Translations under genes and position numbers: made by a program | Part shown: positions 49,371-62,839 of the stretch, one piece after another | Layout of the letters: every line of letters starts with the position of its first letter | Numbering within the stretch: the stretch's first letter is position 1 | Source: Tubiluchus corallicola | Lineage: Eukaryota; Animalia; Priapulida | Assembly (NCBI GenBank): GCA_030141605.1 | Contig: JAQGDQ010000203.1 | Span: 186,001 to 250,000, forward strand | Reading direction: 5' to 3' | Length of the DNA stretch: 64,000 nt | The notes under the pieces: generated by a model | The model's input: only the letters and a program-made list of their open reading frames with translations | Database searches by the model: none | What the model was told of the DNA's origin: nothing

Positions 49371-52300
49371 CCTTCTTTGTAGTTCTGAGAATTATGGAAA
49401 ATTAAGGAAATTAGTTCTGTCGCCAATTTGGAAGTGTTTAAAATAGTGGCAGATTGTGTTTGATTTTGTTTTCATTGGAATAAACATGCCAGCTATTAGG
49501 TGACTTTTCGATACTACATTGATGCTCCTTGAGTTGTCATTGGTCCTTTACAGTTGTAATTCAGACATGTCATCTTTACATTTTTGTACATTTTGTTAAC
49601 AATGCAAAATTAGTTTACTTTTATTTACTACCATCCTTTTGTAACATAACTGATGCAGTAAAGGTCAAGTAAATTGCTTTACCTCCAGTCTGTTATTTTC
49701 ATATATCATGTGGGCATTTTTCCTAGTTAATTTTTTATTTTGCAGGGCTTACAAGATGGTTGCTATTGAAGACACAAAATTTCCACTTATTGCTGACAAA
49801 GGCAAAAAGGTAAGTTTACAAATATGCAATGTATGAATTGTCACTATGCCACTTTGAGCTGACTGCACACTTTCTCTAATAATGTGAGCAGTTCGTATTT
49901 GTTTAAATGAGTGACATTATAAAATTGTAAGCAAGCCTTGAAAAAATTCTTAAATTGATAACACAACAAGCTTTAAATACCTTTTTCCTCCTTATCAGTT
50001 AGATAAAATTCTGTGGCATTTCAATCCGTATGTGACATTAATACGCTAATCCTCTTTCATTAGGCACCCAAAATTTATTTTATTTTGAGCATCAGTTAAT
50101 TTAATAAAATCTAAACACAATTTGTCTGCAAATGTCTTAACATGTGCGCTTACTGACATGATTCCATTATTCAGGTGACTAGTAGAAAGTTTCTAATCAA
50201 GTGACTTAGTTGCTTACATATGTCAGAACAAAACAATACTGGTCAATGTTAGGACATGTCTCTTAGCATACAAGCCTTTTAACTCAACCAATTGCACTTC
50301 AGAAATGTTCAACTTGGAAGTGTTTAAAAGTCAAATCTCTTTAGAAAAAAGAGCTTACTGTAACTTGAAATTTGACCCTAACTTTATTAACTTTTGTGGC
50401 TTCCTTCCTAGTGAAATCAGGCCTTGAAGTTGCATTTTTCCACAAATATTTTGTTTGGATTTGCTCGTGAAACTTTGGAAAATCGCAGGCTAAACTAATG
50501 TGTTAGCAATGGCTTCCTTGGATACTGCATCGTTTCTGTGATGCTAAATTTGTAAACATTGCTACACAGCGAAATTGACACGTGATAACCAAATCAGCTG
50601 CGCTGACATCATCTAAAAAGCAAAATGCGTGAAATTAAGGCCCTGACTTTCTTCGGAAATGACACATTCGCACCCGATCTCCTCTTGTATAAATCACGAA
50701 GAAAAAGTTAAGGGTATCAGAAAATCTTAGAGCAGAGCATTTTCTTTCTGTTTTTGTGTAAAACTGAAACTTCATAAAGTACGATGTATTTGACCTTTAA
50801 GCAGTATTTTACTACTTATAAACCATTTACCACTTATAACACATACCAGTATTAAGACAGTGTTGTTTTAAGGCAACTTTCTCAACACATTATCATTAGT
50901 ATGAGTTGTTGCATTTGATTAATTGTGCATATTTCTTCACAGGCTCGTGTGCTAGCCACTATTGGACCAACACGAGGTCTAGGAGATCACGATTTGCGTG
51001 TTTTTGATACTAACTTGTATGTAAAACCATTTCTGTCTTCAGTACCTGAGGTAAGTTTATGATGACTTGTTATGTTTATATTGTACCTTTTGCATGCCTG
51101 ACACATTACAAGGTGACACCTGAGATTGTTAGCTTCAGATCAAAGTTCGATTTGTAAGCTTAGCTGGTCTTTAGTTTGTAAGCTGACAGGAACAAATCCT
51201 TTTTTCTAAGACGTTGGTATTGCAGTGTTTTAAAAACTACACGAATATAGAAAGAAGTTTCACTAATGTGAAAATGACTTATCACTAAGAACTAGTACAA
51301 TTCATACAAAAATCCCATAATAAGCAAATGAAAGATACATAGTACCAGCTTACGTCTCGGTGAGCTATCTTAATGTAGGTGAAAGAATGTAAAATCAAAA
51401 AGTATCACTATCCATTTAGCATCCATTATTGAAAATATCAAGAAAACACAGATTATAGATGGATGCATGGATCAAGAAATGAAAAGTCCTAATTTTGTTT
51501 TAAGAACAAAATGGATATTTTGCAACCCTTTACTCACACTGAAAAAGCAACCTATATCCAAAATATCCATATTGAAAATATCAACTAAATCCAAATATTT
51601 TTCAACATATTTTTCATTATCTTATTTGTGGGATTTGTTTATTAATTAAAATCCCTGAGCTTTTAGTGTCGACCAGTAGCAAATACTCATATTGGAAGTA
51701 ACATGAATTACCATGATTAAATCTTGTTATGTCTATTTAGGTAGAAGTAATTGACCTTTCCACAGAGGAGTATGGTCCTGATGATGTAGTAATTCTTGCC
51801 TCTGATGGATTATGGGATGTGACGAGCAATGAGACGGCAGCAGAAATTGTCATGTCGACACTCTCAAAATTTTCATTTAATGAACTCAGCAGGTAAACAA
51901 GAAAACATCATTTGTTTTTTTGTGATTTATATTTGCTGCTTTCAACTTTAACATAAAATTACACTCTAAAATGGTTAATGGTACATGTTTACTTACATGC
52001 TAATTTTGGTAATCAAATATTAGATGAGCTGCATCTTGAGCAACAAAATTTTATTGAGAAAAGTTTTTTGTTCTATAAAGTATCTTTGTTAGCTTCATTA
52101 TATTAGTGTCAAAATTATTAAGTTGATGTTTAATATAATGCCAGCACTAAAAGTACTATGATGTGGATGAAGTAATACCATGTTTTTTTAGTTAAAGTAA
52201 AATACTTGCAGAAATATCTCTTTTGTTCTGTTCGTTATTGAAATATATCTAATTTGTTTTTTGTGATTCTCACCTAATAAGAGTTTAATCCTGTAAACAC

Positions 52301-52749
52301 AGGAAAGCAATATTAAATTAGAGTCTGAAAAACTGTGCATTTCCACTGGGATGCAAACACAAGACCTGCTTTATAGGCAGCTATGCTAATCATTACACTA
52401 CAGTGGTACCCGACTTTTCAGACTGGGAAATTTACTCTACTAGTCACTAGAGGACTAACAGCAGGAATCACAGTCCACACTTGTATTAAAACGTAATATA
52501 ACATATTGTAACAATATGTAGTTTGAAAATTTTCACTATCTGCATATTTCCCATCTCAGGTATACATCGGCTGCTCAGGATTTAGCTATGCATGCTCGAG
52601 GTCTGCTACAAGAAAAATCCAACTGGAAGACGCGGGATGACAAACCAGCTTCAGGTGATGACATCACAGTGTTTATAGTTCCACTGAGCTTTCACAAAGA
52701 ACCGGCAAAAACCACCGTACCAACAAGTGCCTCTGTACTTTCTAAGTAA
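36598..52749 (+). CDS. PPM1H: Protein phosphatase 1H-like (PPM/PP2C family, PPM1H/J/M clade), 10 exons, 499 aa
   Basis: Exons 36598-36821, 42052-42229, 42738-42839, 43556-43720, 44116-44313, 47393-47511, 49746-49809, 50943-51050, 51741-51892 and 52560-52749 sum to 1500 nt in frame. It has the clade-specific [11 protein letters not shown]...[23 protein letters not shown] and the PP2C motifs [42 protein letters not shown] and SGDDITV. Confidence 0.93.
36950..38700 (-). mobile_element. Decayed CR1-group LINE ORF2 (APE endonuclease + reverse transcriptase), frameshifted, in PPM1H intron 1
   Basis: ORF fragments 38066-38701 (CGGFNLP, PTRG..LDIVL, GTSDH), 37260-37694 ([29 protein letters not shown]) and 37060-37296 ([17 protein letters not shown]). 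Confidence 0.9.
38740..41370 (+). mobile_element. Decayed L2/Crack-like (CR1-group) LINE ORF2, many stops and frameshifts, in PPM1H intron 1
   Basis: Remnants [97 protein letters not shown] and [16 protein letters not shown]...GTKLWNSFP. Confidence 0.9.
45800..46380. repeat. CAC/ACC-rich low-complexity degenerate microsatellite with short (GAT)n tracts
   Basis: Strongly C/A-skewed CACCACAC-like repeats within a PPM1H intron. It produces spurious His/Thr/Pro-rich ORFs. Confidence 0.85.
47160..47199. repeat. (TA)n microsatellite
   Basis: Direct read. Confidence 0.9.
49190..49369. repeat. Compound microsatellite: degenerate (GACT)n followed by (GA)n
   Basis: TGACTGACTGACTCACTGACTGAG... then about 85 nt of GA/GGGA repeats. 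Confidence 0.88.
50328..50796. mobile_element. Possible small Kolobok-like MITE (TTAA-flanked)
   Basis: Left end TTAA|AAGTCAAAT; right end (reverse complement) TTAA|AGGTCAAAT. The interior is CpG-richer than its flanks. The TIR match is short. Confidence 0.4.
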
Positions 52750-52948
52750 GTTGGACTTTATGAGGACTATGGTAGAGCCTTTTTCTTCTTGTGTTTACGT
52801 CGTTCATGCACTTTCAGCTTAGGGCTACTTTATTTGAATTTACTGTCAAACAGTCAACTGATAAGACACACATCTGCAAGAACTGAACTGTGTTAATACA
52901 GGCTATGCTGTCTTCAGACAAGCTTTATGCCCAGTTGACTTGTGCACA

Positions 52949-52954
52949 AATAAA
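52949..52954 (+). terminator. Candidate polyadenylation signal of the PPM1H-like gene
   Basis: AATAAA 200 nt after the stop codon. Confidence 0.45.
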
Positions 52955-54331
52955 CATTCTCGTTTTACAATAACTAATTAGAAATGAAGCAGTCAAAAAT
53001 ACGAAACCTAATGCAATGATGTTCTTCATCAATTTCCAAAAACAAATCTAATTTGAGTCTCACATCTCTAGTCTTCAAGATCGATTTGAATCTAAATTTT
53101 TAATTCATCTAATTTTCAAAATTTGCTGAATTTGAATCTTGTTAGATGTGGAATTTGAATCATAAGAATTTCATATAAATAACAGTTTTAAACAGACTGT
53201 TCAAAAGACTGTTGAAAAAATTATGTAAAAATCATTGACATTACAATTTCTTCTGCAATGATTACTCCTGGATGAGTTACAAAACAGTCTGACATCAATC
53301 CAAACTGAACTGTTGTCTTGAAAATTTTCTTCACTCCTAGTAGTCTTACTACAGCATCACCAGCATTTTTATGACAGTATTTCCTAAAATCGAGCTAATA
53401 ACTCATTTTTCCTATCTACATCACAAATGTGTTACTAGAATAGTGGGTTATATATTACAGTAAGTGCTCACTTAAAGACACTAATGCATGCCAGCAAAAC
53501 ACGATGTTAAGGGGAACATCATTATATGAAACAATGCATTCCATAGAAAACAACGTAAAAGCTTTCAGTTGTGTTCCTCACCCAAAGTTCAATAATGCTT
53601 GGTTTAGCAAGAGCGGTCACTAAGTTGCATTGCAGGACAAAAAATCAATAATGCTTAGCTATGTAAAGCTTTCATTTGCTTTGCCCAACAAAAATCAATA
53701 GTACTTCGGCATAAATCAAACACTTCATGGATTTTATCCTTTATTACTGACAATTTTTAACTAAAAGTTAAATTGTTAAAGTTAAAGAGAGAACTGAAGT
53801 TTGCAGTGAAAATTCAATCTTTCATGCATGCATCTTACTCTGATTGATCCCCTTATGCTATTTGTTCCTCCTTTTTTCATATCATGCATAGTCTCCATGT
53901 TTTTTCTGTTAAAGCTTTTTTTCAACACTGTAAGGCATTAGCAACACAATGTCTCACTTCTGAGCTTCGCTCTGTTTCTGGATTATTTTCTCAAAAAAAT
54001 TTCAAATCCAGCACCATACCGTGTTTTAAAAGCTTCTTGCAGATGTCTAACTCTAGCCATTTTTGTTTTGCACTCCTGAGAAGTATTTCTAGTATAGCTT
54101 TTCCAGCAACATAAATGCAAATGAGGTGAAGGTAGCTATAATTAACCAAGTAATGTAACATCAATCAGCGCTATCAATTAGCGAGTAATCAGCAAGGAGT
54201 CAACGATGCCTGCTAGGTAGGGCAAATTGTCGAATTGTACTAAGGTGGTTTCTGTTAATAGGGCTTCTCTGTGAAATGCGAGTGCAGTAACTAAAATTTC
54301 AGTGCTTGAAGGCCAAAAAATTGTCGTTAAG

Positions 54332-55395
54332 ATGAAATGTTCGTCGTTGAGTAATAAAAGTTGTCAAAAGGTCAGCTTCGTTAAACAAAAAGTCGCTAGG
54401 TGAGGTGTCATCAGGCAAGGACTTACTGTATCTAATATTTGAAATAATTGAGAATCTGCATATTATTTGCAGAATAGTATAGTATGCTATGTTTTAGGTC
54501 TAGTTCTGGTGTACCAAAGGACTGGATGTCTCCCGTTATGGCAGCTATTGAAAGTGAGGAGGGTCTGTATGCATCGGGTGACTCAGGGATTGCTGAAAAT
54601 GATGACTTTAATCCTGCTGAATATCGAGAAAATTTTCAAAATCGCCTACAGAATGATGATAGTCTTCTTGACTACAGCTTGCGTAAAACATTGGGCGCAA
54701 CTTCAGAGACTTCCAATAACTCAGAAACGGATATTAATGCCCGCACACCAGAAAGTACCGACCTTGGAGTTGCCTCAGATGTTGGCGCAGAAGAAGCATG
54801 GCATGATTTCGAGGATGGATTGTCAGAATCAAAGGGACCTGACTCATTTGAGATTGCTTTTCGATTACGCAATGCTTCTATGGTGGCTTCACTACAGGAA
54901 GATCAAATTACCAAGGACATTTTGTCTTCAGGAACTGAAACTAGAGGTGCTCTAAATACTAATGAGGAAAAAGGATTTAATTGTGAAACTAGCCAAAAAT
55001 TAGAGTTTGACATAAGCAATGAAGCCAGTGAGAAGGCACATTCTGGTGCAAGCCAAGAAGCGTGTGACAAACTAGAATGTGGCATGACTGATGGAGACAC
55101 GGAGAAATCACAACATGGTGTAAGTGAAAAAACTCCTTATGATGAAACCAGTAAACAATCAGGCAACGATGTGAGTAAAGAAGCCAGTGAAAAGCTTGAT
55201 TATGATGTGAACAGGGAAGCCAGTGAAAAGCCTGATTGTGATGTAAGCAAAGAAGCCATTGAAGAACCTGTTCATGATGTAAGCAAAAAAGCCAGTGAAA
55301 ATCCTGATATTGATGTAATCAACAAAGCCAGCAAGAAAACAAATTTTGAAGAGCTAGAACATAGTGATTCAGATTTGGAAGAAGGTTATGTGTAA
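54332..55395 (+). CDS. Uncharacterised acidic, low-complexity protein with 12-aa (36-bp) repeats; possibly 3'-incomplete
   Basis: Exon 54332-54399 (MKCSSLSNKSCQKVSFVKQKVAR, donor AG/GTGAGG) joins in phase 2 to an acceptor at 54497/54498 and an open frame of about 890 nt. That frame either stops at 55395 or splices at GAAG/GTTATG (55384). It is D/E/S-rich with DVSKEASEKxDx repeats. I recognise no domain. Confidence 0.65.
55010..55345 (+). repeat. Degenerate coding minisatellite, 36-bp unit (GATGTAAGCAAAGAAGCCAGTGAAAAGCCTGAT-like)
   Basis: Five contiguous units DVSKEASEKLDY / DVNREASEKPDC / DVSKEAIEEPVH / DVSKKASENPDI / DVINKASKKTNF, plus upstream diverged units such as DISNEASEKAHS. Confidence 0.8.
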
Positions 55396-55991
55396 AGGTT
55401 TAGAAGGAATATTAAAAGATTTTAATACTTAAAATGTAAGCAATTTGGCCTGATTTTCCCCCTAATGCAAAACGAATGCTGCTTGACTTTGTCATCTATA
55501 ATTACTACGTATAATTATTGATATGTATTTGATGTACTGTAGCAGTCATAATCCTCTTTTTCCAAATCCTTATAAATAACCTGTACAAACTTTTGTGTTT
55601 CAATAATGACTCAGTTTGCTTTTTTAACTAATTTTTCTCATTGATGCAGAATCAAAATGTACGTTAATTTATTTTTTCATATGTATATATATATATGTAT
55701 TCTATATTATATTATATTTTATTATATTATGTTATAGTATATTATATTATCGTGTTTAGTTTCTTCACTTGTAAAAGTTTTGTCTTAGCAGTGACCCCCA
55801 CCTGTAATTTAAATTTTTTATTGTAACCTTTTTTCTGTAAATATTAAAATAATTGCCCTGTCATGTTCTTTTTGAGTGAATTAACATGCTTGCAAGATGT
55901 TTCATCGATGTATGCATGCAGCATTGTTAGTTGCAACATAATGTCTTGCCATAGTCTGTAACTTTTATGCTTTAGTATGTCTAGTTGTAGT

Positions 55992-56751
55992 CAGGGATGC
56001 GAGGATCTATTAATTTCCCAATCCGCAATAAATTTGGTCCACAAAGATAAAATCTGCAGTCCACTAAAAATCCACATTTTCTTATTAACAGCGATCCGCA
56101 AACACTCTATACTAAATTTCTTAAAATCTATGATCCGTCCTGATCCGTAAGGCTTCCGATCCGCATCCTGCTTACATGTCTATTTTAATTCACTTCCACA
56201 TAATAATCTGCATGTTCAGCAAACCTTGGTTTAAATAAATAAAAATATTTTAAATCAGTGGAAATCGCACCTTGTTGCAGTGTGTCCACTGGGTGGTTCA
56301 TTTTCATTGATTAATTGCAATTGTAAAAAGGAATATTAGAATATTCTTTATCTGATGTTATTGATTTCACATTAGTATTTTTAGAGCAAATAAAAGATTT
56401 TACTACTACTGCTGCTGCTGTTGCTACTAATGCTACTGCTACTAGTATAGTAGTACATTAGTTTAATGATTAATGAAGCTAATTATTATTTTTATTTCAT
56501 TGTTATTCAACTTGGTAACTTGTGATGAGTGTCAGTCTGCTATTTTCTTCCTGCAATGCTCACATTATTATCTAATGTGTATTAACATTAATGAAAATTA
56601 AAATCCGCAAAGATCACCAAATTTTTAATCCGCATTTGGTCCGTATAATTCCTTATCTTTAATAGTAAATCCACAATCCGATCGGATCCTCAAAAAATCT
56701 TGCGAATCTTGCTGTCATCCAGTCCGCAAGATCACGTTCCGCTCATCAGTG
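55992..56751. mobile_element. Possible degenerate hAT-like MITE with clustered ATCCG(C) subterminal motifs
   Basis: Starts CAGGGATGCG. ATCCG/GATCCG motifs cluster at about 56020-56170 and 56600-56745. No convincing TSD. Confidence 0.35.
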
Positions 56752-59700
56752 GTTCTTTATTCACTTCTACGAACATAGTGCTAACTGAGAACGGGTTTGT
56801 GCATGTCTAGAATTATTATATGCCTGTTTTACCAATGATGCTACCACTGATACTTCCATGCTTAAACACACACTTGAGTGTCCTGCCCTATCTCGCCTTC
56901 ATTTGTAAAGTTCATTTGCAATATACAAGTGCAATGAATTGTTGTTGTTGCAATAAACACAATTACATATTTTGGTGCTGTCATTAAACAATTTGAAACC
57001 TTGTATTCACTTTTATCTCAGACTTTCAGCCTCTCTGCCTTCTATGTGCCAAACACTTTAATTAATTAGATTTTATTCAAGCTTTATTAAAACAAATGAG
57101 GCAATGAGCAGTCAATGGCTTTAAAGCTGAAGTTCACCTGCATAAAGCATTTTAATTTACCTTTATTAACAATATTACATATAAGCAGATATATTTAATA
57201 GATAACAGTTTTTGAGTTATCAGTCTAATAATCTGTCTGCATGACTAATAGACCTATACAATATTAGTGCTTTATATTTGTGTGATTGATATTTGTAATT
57301 GTTGTTCAGATGAGTAATAATCATTTTAATGATTTTATTAGCTGGGAAATTTTCTAACAAATGTTGTGGTCATTTACAGTTGGTATATTCTATTGTAATT
57401 GTTCATTTTATTATGATAATTGATATATTATACAACAGTCATATTTTTCAAATCCAACCACTCTGCTTACTAAAATAATAATATTGTAAATTTTCAGTTT
57501 TTTTAAATATATTTTGGTGTTTTCCTGTATCGTGTTAATAAGAACATAAAGACAAAAATTAATTACTGCTTCCAATTAACATGGAACATAGAACATTTAT
57601 TGTCTCCAACGTTTGTCCACTATAACAACAGCGTTTTCAGTAAGTGTTGCTTAAATATTAGGTAATTGCAATCATGTAGCAGGCAGGGAGGGACCAAAGG
57701 GTCATCTAGTCATATTGATAGGTTTGACAAAATTAAAAATAAATTTATTATTGCTTCAATTACAACCACCTATATAAGTTAACTCGTTGATTAACTAAGT
57801 AGCCTAATTACAGTTTTCAAGTTGTAAATCTTTTTGCAGTTTGCTGACTGATACAAATTAGGATTAAGAATTACTTGAAAGTTTTTCGACATCCTTGCAG
57901 CATAAAAAATATTCACTCAGTCCTTAAATAAAGCCTACTGTAAGTGTACATAATTATATACACTTAGTCCTTGGTTTTTCAAGTAGTTAGAGTGCCGTAA
58001 AAAAGGGCAATATATTTTTTATTTTTATAAAATTAATTATTTTGTGATCGTTGCACATGTATTTTAGCCATACAAAATAATCTTTTTGCAGCGGGTAGAG
58101 GACACAAGACTACTGTGATTTCCATGAAAAGCAAAATACTTTTCGTTTTCTCCAAGAGGTGGCACGACAAGAAAAACTTTGATCATGTTCACTTGTTTCA
58201 TTAACAGGTAGCCAGTTAGCCACTAGCCAGGTAAGGAAAGTTCGTAAGCAGTACGGAATCGGTTGCGTTTGTCGAAGATTTCGGAATTTCTGTGTAAGTG
58301 TATTGTATTTTCAAGGAATTCAGAATTATAATATTTGTGACAGATCATTACTAACGACGATCAAATCTCCAAAGAATTGATAATTGTCTGATTTGGGTTA
58401 CACACCAAATGGTATTTGGGCTAAGTGGTTGGAGAAAGTTCAGCGTGATCCGGCACTGTCAGAATTTGATAAGTACTGTATGCTAATATCATCTTATTGT
58501 TTTTACTTATAATAAGTTATCATAAATTGTATTAAATGCTGATAACAATCTGATAATTAGGCTTATGCTGTTTTATTGACTGAAATCCTGCTTAGAATGT
58601 GCACATGAGTGTCACTGTGTGATGGATATTTTTTGACTACTGCCTCTTCAGTACTTGCTATAAATTTGTTATTTTTGTGCGCCTTCTGCGCTCTTCTCCA
58701 AGACTAGTGTATTAAATTTTCGTGGTATTATCTTCAAGTTTGGGAAAACACTGCTGGATTTAGCTGAAAAGATGCCTTGGGCTATTCAACTAATTGAAGA
58801 GGGCCCCACCAGCCGTATTCAACCTCGTTTCCCTGACTCTGAAAACAAGTAAAGGTTCAAACAAAAATTAAGCTGAGGGTAATGATAGATGTTTAGTAAA
58901 ATAACACAATTCACAGTTCTTTCTAACAGAGTTCCTCCTCAAAAGAGTACAAGATGGTATTGCTAAATGCTGTAGTGAATGCATGAATGCCAAACGAAAC
59001 ACTTTGTTTTGCAAAAACTGAACTTTGCGAATATTTTAAAGCAGAAATTAGCGGAAATTAAAAAAATGAAATTATAAGTTTACTTTTATATTCTTTGAAG
59101 CCCTTGAACTTGCAAATTTTATTCCTGGGAAGTGTTACTAAAGATGATAATGACTACGTGACAGTGACAGTGTGACACTTTTAGATTCTATTTTAAGTTT
59201 GTCATTATGTGCAGTTTGAAGAAAATTGAGAAATTTCTTACTTGGTAAACAGTCTTCAGGTGATACGTATCAGCCATAATGATCACCTTCTGATGAGTAT
59301 TCAAAATATATGTCAGAATGAGAACTACCTACTGTCAGGTTAAAATATTCAAATTTTTCACATCAGTTAAAATTAACCTTCACTGGTTAACTTGTGGGTG
59401 GGGTATTAGAAACAAGAAAGCATCCTTAGATTCCTGATTCATAGAAAGTAAAGAAAGGTGATTTCTGAAGGAAGATTCTTTTAGAGGTTGGTACATTATA
59501 ACAACATGTGTAGGGCAGACTTATGAGAGTGTCAAAAATATTATACACAGACTTTGAGGCCTTAGCCTTCAGCCAGTCTAGCTTGTAGGTGAATTTACCC
59601 CTAGACGAAAACCTCAAACTGCTCGGTTAGCTGAAGAACTTAGGCCTCGTTTAAATGCAAGAAATAGTTTTATTATGTGTTACTGGATAAAGACTTGAAA

Positions 59701-62700
59701 GGGGTTATGACATGTGGCGACTTCAGTAATGAATGTTATATTAATTATAAAAAAACAGAATCTTGATGTATGAACAGAATTGAAAGATGTTTATGAAATT
59801 TTAGCAAGATCTAGAAAGTTTTATTAAATTGTAAGGGCTTTTTATAGTTATTAAGTAATTTGCAGCTAATAAATTTGTGTCTAACAGTGGTAATTTTTGT
59901 TAGGAGTTGGACATACCAATCAGTAAAGCCAGTTTCTTGAAAAGTAATAGACATACTAACATAGCCACTCGCTTCTAAAACTATATATTATGTGTAAAGC
60001 TTCAATAGATATTATCACACCACTTTCAATTTCGGCTCTCTAAATGTACTTGGAGATAAAATTTTTTATCTCTACCACGCGCTACCAAAATCTCAGCTTT
60101 TGCCAAAAAAAAAAACAAACACTGCTGTGCCAAGTAGATACTGTAACTGTGGCTGAAAAGTTTTTGATTAAATTTCTGATTAAAAAATAGGCACCCAGCT
60201 TGTGAAGCAATACGTATGCGTATATATATATATATTGTAACAAATTTTGTGTATATATACTGCTGTTGCTATTGCCGCTGCTGCCACCACTACTATTAGC
60301 ATGACAACGTATGTATTACACATACAGTATGTATGCAATATATCTTTGAGTTGTGAAGATTTCACAAATTTATTTGTTTTCATTTGAAATTAACCAAAGT
60401 TCTCAAGAGGTCTTTATTAATTTTATCATTAAGTTTTTTGGAGAAAACCTGGGATGAAAACATGACAAAAACGATGAATTTAAATAAATTGAAAAAATGA
60501 CTAATACCTTTCTGCTGGTTGATTGGCATTGTATTACTTGCTTCTTATTTTGATCATTCTACTTGGTTTGTTGGTAATCATTTGAGGTCTGTCATATTCT
60601 AATAATAATTCTACCATCATACTGTTTAGGATGCTTTCTTGTGTACTTGATGAAACTGATAAGAATTTCCACAGGTGTTTAACTAGATGATTGATTTACA
60701 CATAACAACAGCTTTGAGCCAAATTACAAAATTACCTTGTGAATAGTGGGTTTGGAAACATCTCCATGTCTATTAGGTTTTGCTATTTATGTCAGTTGTA
60801 GAATAGCTCTGCGTATCACTGGCTAGCCAAAAGGACTGTTGCTTCCTGGGTCGAAATGAAGTATTGCTTGTGAGTACCATTTATGTTAGTAAGAATTTGT
60901 TGTCTGAAACAGCATCCACAGCAGTCGCAGATCTATTCAATAACCTGCCTCGACATTGCACAATTTGATTGATAAGCACTTAGCAAGTATGAAGTACACA
61001 CTTTTTGATTGTATTTTTTCTTTTTTGTCTTAAAATTGAATGTATTTTAAGTGAGTTCAAACTGGTAATGGTCTAATATACTGTTTGCTCTATAAAAACA
61101 CATCTATAGCCACAATGTTTACTCATATTGTGTATGAAAAAACTATATGTGCAAACCCAAAATTATTCACCGAGCTTTCAGTTTTCATTATTCTGCTTAG
61201 TGATAGTGAAATTCTAGTGGATTCTCTATATTCCTTTTAGACTTTCAATTCCCTTATGAGGGATATTAAATGAGGGTGTTAAACCGTAAGATTTGTTTCA
61301 TAATTTATTGCATGATTAAACAAAGCTTGATTGTTGTTTTTCTTCATTATTAGCAATAGATAATACAAAACTCGGTTAAGAGTTAATCTGGATTTAGTGC
61401 TCAATCGCTCGTAATAAATGTTATATTTATTGTCAGATGTGATCAAAAGTTGGTAATATAATTTTCAACTGTAGCTCAGGTTGCTAAGCCTTTCTTACAT
61501 TTCCTAGTTGTGTAGCTATATAACCTAGTTTCGTTGTTGTCCGGTCATTGATTTTTTATATACAAGCATCAATAAAACTAACCTAGTCTGATCACTATCG
61601 ATGTATCAATTATGGCCGTTCATAAATGCTGTAAAGGGCAATATCCTTTGTGCACGGGAGACATGATTGGGGGGTAATTACGCTCGTAGAAACAGCTGAC
61701 ATGGTGTTAGTGATCCCATAATTACCCGTTTGCATTCTTCACTGGGTAAAACATTGATAAGTTTAGGTGAACCTTGTTATTTTCGCCTTCCAATCTTAAG
61801 CTTGGACAAGCGGCGACATTTTGCAAAAAGTCTAAATTTGTTGTGTTAGAAGGCCATCAAAAACAAGAAATTTTGATGATCATATCTATATCTGCGCGTG
61901 AGATAGATTTCAGAATTTTGTTGTTTACTTACAAAGATTTCAAGTCCTCCTACAGTTACTTGTACAGTAGTTTGCGCTATATTGTGTTCATGTTACCGTT
62001 AATTTTGATTAACATTGGTTAAGTACTAAGTACAGATTTACCAAAACGCAGATGAGTGTCTCGGGGAGAGAGAAAAGATAGGTAATGAGCATGATAAAGG
62101 TGGGAGGGAGAGAGTGGGGACGGGTGATTTTGTAAAAATGTGCAGTTATTTCGTCGTAGTAGTTCAATGTCTAATTGTTTTAATTAATTAAGGATCTTTC
62201 GTGTTTTTCTTCAGACGTTTTTCACATAAAATACAGTCCTTTATTAATCCTAGTACTAACCTTGTTGTTTCGGGCAGTTTATGTAAAAAATGGACATCTA
62301 GCTGGAGGCTTTGTTAATTATTTTCTCTTTTGTCTTGTTTATTCTGACAGTTAGTTTATAATTATTAGTCGCTTTTAACTGCTCTGTAATTAGTAATGTT
62401 GGGGATTGTATTTTAACTCAATATTGTTTACAAGTGGAGCTGTGTGTCCAATGCAAAACTGATGCGACTCATGTGGTACCTATCTGAGAGTACCACGACT
62501 TGCTGGAATTGGAGGTACTTTTGTTGGTTGGGTTGTTGAAACGTGCATTTCATTGCTTTTTTGGTCTAAGTTTCACGTTTTGCATACATCTGCTAAACTT
62601 GTAAGTACCAAAAGTGTGATAGACTTTTTAATAGAGTAATGTTGGTGACTTTTAATGGTGTATCGAGGTCAAAGGTCATTTGTGAATTTAAAACTGTGGG

Positions 62701-62839
62701 GTATTAGGCCACCAAAAGTTGAGTAGCTTTAGTGCTACAGAGAAGACAGATTATACTGTATACTTTATGATCTTGAATAGCTTGTTTGAGTTAAGTCAGT
62801 TAAATGCCGAATGAACACAAATCAGACTTTTTCATCCAC

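Noticed and set aside
53507-53520. TTAA-GGGGAACATC resembling a Kolobok terminus
   Set aside because: No matching opposite terminus was found.
59904-59943. Candidate small exon after TTTTGTTAG as continuation of the acidic-protein gene
   Set aside because: In the required phase it stops after a few codons, and there is no homology support.
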